A stretch of DNA of 39,144 nucleotides, from positions 1 to 39,144 of the forward strand of contig RBNJ01000150.1 in NCBI GenBank assembly GCA_003990765.1, written 5' to 3'. Below the pieces are notes generated by a model. It searched no databases and was not told the origin of the DNA. It saw only the letters and a list, made by a program, of their open reading frames with translations. The position numbers and the translations under genes were made by a program. The stretch's first letter is position 1. Each line of letters opens with the position of its first letter. Below, in pieces: positions 11,262 to 19,881 of this stretch. The DNA comes from Jimgerdemannia flammicorona (taxonomy: Eukaryota).

Positions 11262-14200
11262 ATGCTAGTATCCTTGTCAAAGGATACCAACAGTGCCAAT
11301 CCCAAAGAAAACAGAGTCCGTGTCAAGGTTTCCGCCGCTGATAATCATTTGGTTCAGCTCGTTGAAAGCCATTCTTTCAACCTTCAAAAAATCCAGGAAG
11401 GTCGATCTATCGCCGTCGATGTCTTCAACTTGAAAGCCAACTCTGCAGGTCTCAGAAAATATGGCAAAAGGCTGTTCTGGGCCCTCTTTTCAGAAAGCAG
11501 CCTCGCCTGGCATCTGTTGCAGGATATGTTACGGTCTCTCTCAAAGCGTCGGATCCTGATTGATCTCAACGGCGACCACGACCTCGATATCATCCCCTGG
11601 GAGTACGCTTGGGGCAAAAATACGCCTCTGTCCAATAATGCGGAACTGGAAACCCATGGATATTTGACCAACAAGTGCATATTCACACGCGTTCATAGAC
11701 CAAAGAATCCTCAGCTGTCAGAACTTCAGCGACTTCCACTGCGCATCGTCACCGTCGTGCCGGACCCCATCATCCCGCCTAGCGATCCCAACGCGAACAA
11801 ATTTCCAGATCTACATCTGAGCGATCAGTTTCAAACATTATGTGATGCGTATGAGAAAAATAATCGAGCAGTATTACTGCAGCGTACGTTCCCGCCGACT
11901 GTCGACCAAATGTACGAGTTACTTAGGGGAAAGCCAGAGATGGCCACGGTGCTTCATTTCATGGGACATTGCGGCTCACAGAACAATGGTGCGAAGGCAC
12001 TCATTTTTGAAGATCAAGATACAGGCGGTATTAACTTCGCTGACGCATTGCATCTTGATGCGACCATGAATCTGAGATTAGTGTTTCTGTCTGCCTGTGA
12101 TACTGCGCATGTCGCCCGAGACCTGGCCGAAAACGGTGTTCCATACACCATTGGTTCACACTGTCCCCTACCAGATGACCTCGCCCGCAAGTTCGAGAAC
12201 AAATTCTACCAGTGCCTTGGCAGCGGCTGCACGGTCGAAAAGGCGATTTTGGATGCGCGCGCCTCCATGAAAGATCCAAAAGACACCCGACAACGCAACT
12301 ACTTCCCCGGTGCCATGGTGCTCTACTCGTCCACGTTCCGGGAAGAGGATGGTGCGTTCAAGTGCAAGTTGGGAAAGCCCATGATCGAAGCCCACATGCC
12401 CCCCCACAACCTCGAAGATATCTCTTTCACGCGATTTTTTTGCGGACGCAAGGAGAAGCTTATCAAAATAACCCACATTTTGAGGCGTATGGCGAAGAGA
12501 GGGACACAGACCTGTCCTATGTACACCATTGAAGGAATTGCCGGTCAGGGCAAGACGGCCTTGGCTGAGAAGGCGGTCAGGCGGATGGCGTATCTCTTCC
12601 CCGGTGGGATCTTCGCTTGGCGATTCGATCCTTCGCACGAGATATCGGTCATCAAATATCTTCAGCGCCTTGGTCAAGTCATGTTTCAGGAAGATTTTGG
12701 CAAAGTCTTTCACATGTTGGAACAGGCCATCATCAACAAATTTAAGTCACAAAGGACAAGTTTGCTGATCCTCGATCAAGCCGATGTCTTGAAGCGTGCA
12801 CAAGTCAGAGGCGAAGAGGGCGCCGTAACGTTGGTAGACTTGCTTCAGAAGATCATGTCGATACCAGAAATTGCAGTGAGAATTCTTGCCACTTCGCGTC
12901 AACCTCTAAAGTGGAACGCAAAGGAAGATGCGATGCATCTCGATGGTTTGACTGATTCGGACATTGACAGCGGCGTCGAGTTGTTCATTGGAAACCTTGA
13001 CGCCCAAGTAAGGCAGAGGATAAAGAACGAGACAAATATTACAGAGTTGCTGCACGACCTCGTCAGGCTCGTAGACGGACATCCACTGTGTCTGGAATCC
13101 CTTAGCCAAGCAGTCGGTTTACCACAACATCGCAATGCTTCGCTTGAGGAACTCGTTCGTGAACACTTTAATGCAATGCTAGTGGATGGCTCAAATGGAA
13201 AGAGAAACCTCGGAACCCGTTTCCGACCAACTATCGACGCGCTTTCAACACAGCAGCGCCTGCTTCTCTACATGTGTTCTCTCTTCACCGGACAAATCAC
13301 AGAAGGAGTGCTCGCGTTCTTACGTTATTTTGTTAACTACAATTGTTCGTCGTCCGAAAGGTTCGATTATAAGAATGAGAACCTGCAGCAATTATGCGAT
13401 ATCAGGTTGTTGTCAAAAAGGGATGGTGAATATAAGATGCACGTCGCTGTTAGGGAAGGTGTGAGACAGTGTAATTCTGTGATGAAACTGCGACTTTGTT
13501 TGCCAATACTCGGTGTATATGATGACACGTTTGTAATTTGTGTTGGCAAGCCATCTAAGCACGGTGAGTAATGCAACTAAAATGCCGCCATTTGGTTCTG
13601 CTCTCTTCTACTATATTCAACTACTGTTTTTTTACTCCAGGAATATCAATGGTGTTCGAATGGCAACTCCGAAGCATCCATAGTGAAGTGAAGAATATGG
13701 CTTATGGCGTACAATATTACGACATTGTCGACATTCCTAATACCAACGACCACAAACTCCAAAAGGATGGCGTTCAGCAGCAAGTGTTACTTGGTGGATT
13801 GGTTGTGTTCAGACGTAATGCGTCGGAAATCCTCCATGCTAGCTTTCCCGAGTTCTGCATGGAGCACATCATGCCGATCGTAACAGAAAAGAAATCGCCG
13901 TTCATTCTGTGTTTGCATCGCAACGATACTCGTCTCGCCAAACGGTCTGCCACAAATGCCAAAAGGAATATAAGTTTGATGAAGAAAGCCATGGAGGTAT
14001 TGCGATCTGGCCTGGAGAAGACGCACTTTGTAATTATGACAGAGCCTCCTCCAAGTGAGTTACAGTATCTTCCACACCTCTAGAAACTATTGTTGGAATC
14101 CCATCACTGAACTGTTTATTTGAATATACAACCTGATAGACATTATCTACGAAAAAGAACGGCCGTCAAATACTTTGCAAGGTGAGCAGAAATATTGGTA

Positions 14201-17200
14201 TAATAATGTGAACAGGAATTAATAGGAATTATTCACTAAAAAAGATGTTTTCCGTTCACCAAACGAAAGTCGGCAATGAGCACCAACCGGCAAAGGAGAT
14301 AGATTTCCGCAACGTCAACACATACGGAAAATTTGTTGGACGCCAGCAAGAGCTCCAAAAATTGGAAGAACTACTGAGTGACAAGGATATTCAATATATC
14401 ACCATCCGTGGTTTCGGCGGGATGGGCAAAACGGCATTGGCAATCCAAGCAGTCAAGAACTTCAACTCTGGCAGAGTTCTGGTGATATCCCTTGTTGGAA
14501 ACCCAAGCTCGGATTCAGTGATCTCAATCATCGCCGGATTTCTCAACATTGACATCAAAACGTCTCAGGACCCAAAAAGCCAACAAAATTTAGTGATGGC
14601 CAAGTTAAGAATAGGAGAGCCGATGCTGTTTTATCTTGACAATATGGAGGATGTCAAACATGCAACAAAAAGAGGAGACCCAGGGACCAAAAAGGATGCA
14701 ATATTTTTGATGAGATTTTTCCACCAAATGCCAAATAACATCAAAGTTCTGGCAACATCAAGAATCGCACTTGGTTGGCCTAATGAGCAATTTGTCGAGT
14801 TGAATGGCTTAGAACCACATGATGGTATGCTGATCTTTCGGCAATGGGCTTCTCAACGTTCAGATGACTTTAACGATAACAATGCAGAGAAGATCAGTAG
14901 CCTTGCAGCTGGACATCCATTGTCGATTCGCCTTCTTGGTGGTGTATTCAACAACCGTATGGAACATGTTAATGACTTCATCAACCACATCAGCGACCGG
15001 CTACGGGATGCAACAGATTTTCTTGAAGATCGTCACATTTCAGTCGACGCCTGCATACAGTATAGCTTTGATTATCTAGATGATAGCCTTAAATCGTTGC
15101 TTGACCAGTTAAGGATATTTGAAGTTCCCTTCTCTGCAACGCTCGCCAAGAAGGCTTTGGATAAGAGCACTACACTGGCATCATCTGCAGAGAACAATTT
15201 ACACACACTTTGGCAACAGAGCTGGCTGGACGAACTCAAGTATGATTCAAGTTTCGGTGACTGGCGTCCCGGGTTTATGGAGAAAGACACAAGGTTTTAC
15301 ACCCTACATCCTCGATTATGTGACTTCCTCGGTCACCAGTTTGGCGATGCCGAAAATTCGGTTATCGACATATGGAATGATTCGGAGATACAGTTCTATA
15401 CCGCCCTATGTTACGGAGTAGGATTTGGCGTTACAAATGATCTAGTGAAGCAGATTGAGTGGTGCACTAAAGCTGCAATGAATGGACATTTAGAAGCGCA
15501 GCTAATCGTTGCTGTTTGTTACGAGGAAGGCGGAGGGGGCGTTGATGTAGACAAGAAGAAGGCGTTTGAATGGCACTTGAAAGCTGCAGAGGGTGGCGAC
15601 AAAGGAGCACAATTAAAGGTTGCATTATGCTATTTCAGTGGCGATAGCGTTGAGAAGAACCTCAATGAATTCAGTCATTGGTTAAAACGTTACAAGGAAA
15701 ACAAGAAAGATTCGCTGTCGATCAAGTTTGATCTTTCTCTTCCGCTGATACATCGCGCAGCTGGGGGTGGTCATATAACATTGATCAGATCACTGCTCAA
15801 TCAACCCAACGCCAACGTCGAATTGAAGGACAGACATGGTCGGACCCCACTGCACTTAGCTGCAGAGAAAGGTCACATTGATGTATTGAAGCTACTCGTA
15901 TTCGAATTCAATGCAAACATAAATGCAGAGGACAAGAAAGGTAACATGCTAGTGCACCTCGCCGCAGAAAACGGGCATGTCGAGTTCACAGCCATACTCA
16001 TTGCAGTGTTCAAGGCAGATGCCAATGCTAAGAACATCGACGGATGGACTCCGCTGCACATGGCTGCGAAGGAAGGGCACATCGAAGTAGTGAGGCTGCT
16101 CGTCGACGAGTTCGGGGCGGATGCTAACGCCAAGAACTACTACGGATGGATGCCGCTATGCTATGCTACGGACTATGGGCGCGTCGAGGTTGTGATATTG
16201 ACCGCGGCCGCTCTAGCCGAGTTTGTGAAGCACAAGACGACCTTAGCCACGCTGAATCTCTCCGGTATGTCGGAACTGTGTGAAGCATTGTGTGCAGTTG
16301 TGCGATGGAATCAAGCTCACAATCTGTGCGTGTTTTCTCATCCATCCCCTGTTCATGTTTAGAGAACCACATTGGCGACGAGGGGGCACGCGCCTTAGCC
16401 GAGTCTCTGAAGCAGAACATGACCTTGACTACCCTGAATCTCTACAGTATGTCGGAACTGTGTGAATCATTGTGTGCAGCTGCGTGATGGAATCAAGCTC
16501 ACGATCTGTGTGTGTTTGCTCATCCATCCCCTGTTTATGTTTAGGGAACAGCATCGGCGACGAGGGGGCACGCGCCTTAGCCGACTCTCTGCGGCAGAAC
16601 ACGACCTTGACCACCCTGAATCTCTACAGTATGTCGGAACTGTGTGAAGCATTGTGTGCAGCTGCGCGATGAAATCAAGCTCATGATCTGTGCGGTTTGC
16701 TCATCCATCCCCTATTCATGTTTAGGGAACAGCATCGGCGACGAGGGGGCACGTGCCTTAGCCAACTCTCTGAAGCAAAACACGACCTTGACCACGCTGA
16801 ATCTCGAAGGTGTGTCGGAACTGTGTGAAGCATTGTGTGCAGCTGCACGATGGATTCAAGCTCATGATCTGTGCGTGTTTTCTCATCCATCCCTTAGATA
16901 ACAGTATCGACCACGAGGGGGCATGCGCCTTAGCCGAGTCTCTGAAGCAGAACACGACCTTGACCACGCTGAATCTCGAACGTATGTCGGAACAGTGTGA
17001 AGCATTGTGTACAGCTGCGCGATGGAGTCAAGCTCACAATCTGTGCGTGTTTGCTCATCCATCCCCTGTTCATGTCCAGGGAACAGCATCGGACATGAGG
17101 GGGCACGCGCCTTAGCCGAGTCTCTGAAGCAGAACACGACCTTGACCACGCTGAATCTCTTCTGTATGTCAGAACTGTGTGAAGCATTGTGTGTAGCTGC

Positions 17201-19881
17201 GCGTTGGAATCAAGCTCACGATCTGTGCGTGTTTGCTCATCCATCTCCCGTTCATGTTTAGGGAACAGCATCGGTCACGAGGGGGCACACGCCTTAGCCG
17301 CGTCTCTGAAGCAGAACATGACGTTGCCCACGCTGGATCTCGAAGGTATGTCGGAACTGTGTGAAGCATTGTGTGTAGCTGCGCAATGGAATCAGGCTCA
17401 CTATCTGATCATATTTGCTAATCCATCCCCTGTTCATGTTTAGGGAACAGCATCGGCGACAAGGGGGCACGCGCCTTAGCCGACTATTTGAAGCAGAACA
17501 CGACCTTGACCACCCTGAATCTCTTCTGTATGTCGGAACTATGTGAAGAATTGTGTACAGCTGCGCATGGAATCAAGCTCACAATCTGTGCGTGTTTGCT
17601 CATCCATCCCCTGTTCATATTTAGGGAACAGCATCAGCGACGAAGGGGCACGCGCCTTAGCCAACTCTCTGAAGCAGAACACGACCTTGACCACACTGAA
17701 TCTCGAACGTATGTCGGAAATGTGTGAAGCAGTGTGTGCAGCTACGCGATGGAATCAAGCTCACGATCTGTGCGTGTTTGCTCATCCATCCCTTAGATAA
17801 CAGCATCAACCATGAGGGGGCACGCGCCTTAGCCGAGTCTCTGAAGCAGAACATGACCTTGACCACGCTGAATCTCGAAGGTATGTCAGAACTGTGTGAA
17901 TCAATGTGTGCAGCTGCGCGATGGAATCGAGCTCACGATTTGTGTGTGTTTTCTCATCCATCCCCTATTCATGTTTAGGGAACAGCATCGGTGGCGAGGG
18001 GGCACGCGCCTTAGCTGACTCTCTGAAGCAGAACACGACCTTGACCATGCTGAATCTCGAAGGTATGTCGGAACTGTGTGAAGCATTGTGTGCAGCTGCG
18101 CGATGGAATCAAGCTCACGGTCTGTGCGAGTCTGCTCATCCATCCCTTAGATAACAGTATCGACCATGAGGGGGTACGAGGCTTAGCCGAGTCTCTGAAG
18201 CAGAACACGACTTTGACCACCCTGAAACTCTACAGTATGTCGGAACTGTGCGAAGCACTGTGTGCAGCTGCGTGATGGAATCAAGCTCACGATCTGTGCG
18301 TGTTTGCTCATCCATCCCCTATTAATGTTTAGGGAATAGCATCGGCGACGAGGGGGCACGCGCCTTAGCCGACTCTCTGAAGCAGAACACGACCTTGACC
18401 ACACTGAATCTCGAAGGTATGTCGGAACTATGTGAAGCATTGTATGCAGCTGCTCGATGAAATTGAACTCTCGATCTGTGCGTGTTTACTCATCCATCTC
18501 CTGTTCATGTTTAGGGAACAGCATCGGCCACAAGGGGGTACGCGCCTTAGCCGAGTCCCTGAAGCAGAACACGACCTTGACCACGCTGAATCTCGGAGGT
18601 ATGTCGGAACTGTGTGAAGCATTGTGTGCAGCTGCGCGATGGAATCAAGCTAACGATCTGTGCGTGTTTGCTCTTCCATCCCTTAGATAACAGCATCGGT
18701 GACGAGGGGGCATGCACCTTAGCCAAGTCTCTGAAGCAGAACACCACCTTGACCACGCTTAATCTCTTCTGTATGTCGGGACTGTGTAAAGCATTGTGTG
18801 AAGCATTGTGTGCAGCTGCATAATGGAATAAAACTCACGATCTGTTTGTATTTGCTCATCCATCCCTTAGATAACAGCATCGGCGATGAAGGGGCACGTG
18901 CCTTAGTCGAGTCTCTGAAGCAGAACACGACCTTGACCACGCTGAATCTCGAAGGTATGTCGGAACTGTGTGAAGCATTATGTCATGATCTGTGCGTGTT
19001 TTCTCATCCATCCCTTAGATAACAGCATCGGCGAGGAGGGGGCATGTGCATTAGCCGACTCTCTGAAGCAAAACACGACCTTAACCACGCTGAATCTTGA
19101 AGGTATGTCAGAACCGTGTGAAGCATTGTGTGCAGCTGCGCGACGGAATCAAGCTCACGATCTGTACATGTTTGCCCATCCGTCCCCTGTTCATGTTTAG
19201 GGAACAGCATCGGCGACGAGGGGGCATGTGCCTTAGCTGACTCTCTGAAGCATAACATGACCTTGACCACGCTGAATCTCGAAGGTATGTCAGAGCCGTG
19301 TGAAGAGTTGTGTGCAGCTGCACGATGGAATCAAGCTCACGATCTGTGCGTGTTTGCCCATCCATCCCTTGTTCATGTTTAGGGAACAGCATCGGCGACA
19401 AGGGGGCACGCACTTTAGCTGACTCTCTGAAGCAGAGCACGACCTTTACCCCACTGGATCTCTCCTGTATGTCGGAACTGTGCGACTCATTGTGTGTAGC
19501 TGCGCAATGGAATCAAGCTCACGATCTGTGAGTGATTGCTCATCCATCCCCTGTTCACGTTTAGGGCCACGAGGACAGCTGAATCTCAGAAGAACGCCTT
19601 GACCTTGCTGGAATTCCGAGGTATTTTGTGAAAAATTGTGTGCAGCCATACGACAGAATCAAGTTCACAATCTATGTATGATTGCTCATCCTTCTTCATC
19701 TTTAGATGGCAACGACAATGAGGTGATGGCTATCATATTCAATCAGAAAATTTACTCTGTGGAAAATAAAAAAAACAGGTTTCTGATCAGGTGGAAGGGC
19801 TTGTCAGGGAAATCACGAAAAAATATGACAAAACAAGACAGAAAACATGACGGAAAACTCAAAGGAAACGCGAAAACATAA
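11262..19881 (+). CDS. Multi-exon NLR-like STAND protein: CHAT protease - NB-ARC - possible degenerate GTPase - NB-ARC - SEL1 x3 - ANK x5 - LRR x~19 (about 2,100-2,146 aa)
   Basis: Hand-built model: ATG at 11262 (A at -3); exons 11262-13563, 13641-14054, 14140-14181, 14270-16264; then 18 exons of 84 nt from 16363 to 19466; then either 19565-19602 (stop) or 19706-19881 (stop). Donors GTGAGT (13564, 14055), GTGAGC (14182), and GTATGT/GTGTGT in the array; all introns GT-AG and phase 1. The 14269 acceptor is the least certain: the 14244 acceptor would give a stop at 14279. Confidence 0.8.
11440..12330 (+). other. CHAT (caspase HetF-associated) peptidase domain with intact His-Cys dyad
   Basis: Motifs GKRLFWALF, LDIIPWEYAW, PLRIVTVVPDP, VLHFMGHCG (His codon 11967-11969) and LVFLSACDT (Cys codon 12096-12098), then ARKFENKFYQCL...VEKAILDAR. 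Boundaries approximate. Confidence 0.88.
12430..13455 (+). other. First NB-ARC (AP-ATPase class STAND) domain
   Basis: FFCGR, Walker A GIAGQGKT (12534-12557), Walker B LLILDQAD, sensor ILATSR, GxP motif GHPLCL, MHD-like YKMHVAVR. Confidence 0.88.
13485..14054 (+). other. Possible degenerate Ras/Rho-like small GTPase fold between the two NB-ARC domains
   Basis: Motif order resembles G1-G4: LPILG...VGK, SMVFEW (compare Rho PTVFENY), DIVDIP (G3-like), GGLVVF, SF...PFILCLHRNDTR (compare PIILVGNKKDLR). Key nucleotide-binding residues are altered. Spans intron 13564-13640. Confidence 0.45.
14330..15330 (+). other. Second NB-ARC domain
   Basis: KFVGRQQEL, Walker A GFGGMGKT (14410-14433), Walker B LFYLDNME, VLATSR, GHPLSIRL, SFDYLD, MHD-like FYTLHPRL. 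Confidence 0.9.
15388..15693 (+). other. Three SEL1-like repeats
   Basis: QFYTALCYGVGFGVTNDLVKQIEWCTKAAMNG / AQLIVAVCYEEGGGGVDVDKKKAFEWHLKAAEGG / AQLKVALCYFSGDSVEKNLNEFSHW. Confidence 0.9.
15739..16200 (+). other. About five ankyrin repeats, the last truncated and fused to a partial LRR
   Basis: GRTPLHLAAEKGHIDVLKLLV, GWTPLHMAAKEGHIEVVRLLV, GWMPLCYATDYGRVEVVIL, followed directly by TAAALAEFVKHKTTLATLNLS. Confidence 0.92.
16265..19705 (+). repeat. Tandem array of intron + 84-nt LRR exon units (mostly 182 or 172 bp) encoding 28-aa NLRC3/RI-type LRRs
   Basis: Exons: 16363-16446, 16545-16628, 16726-16809, 16898-16981, 17080-17163, 17262-17345, 17444-17527, 17625-17708, 17797-17880, 17979-18062, 18151-18234, 18333-18416, 18515-18598, 18687-18770, 18871-18954, 19019-19102, 19201-19284, 19383-19466; degenerate unit 19565-19620. 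Consensus xNSIGDEGARALAESLKQNTTLTTLNLx. Introns start GTATGTCGGAACTGTG and end CATGTTTAG or ATCCCTTAG. Confidence 0.95.

Noticed and set aside
13571..14083. Separate 170-aa gene in an operon-like TAATG overlap
   Set aside because: Its start lies within a clear GTGAGT...CAG intron (13564-13640) that joins it in frame to the upstream exon.
16166..19649. Dozens of short ORFs on both strands (MSELCEALCAA..., MVKVVFCFRDS...)
   Set aside because: Artefacts of reading through repeated introns or the antisense strand of the LRR exons.
16265..19705. CRISPR-like or other prokaryotic repeat-spacer array
   Set aside because: Units are about 172-182 bp, both parts are conserved, and they parse exactly as GT-AG introns plus 84-nt LRR exons; there are no unique spacers or cas genes.
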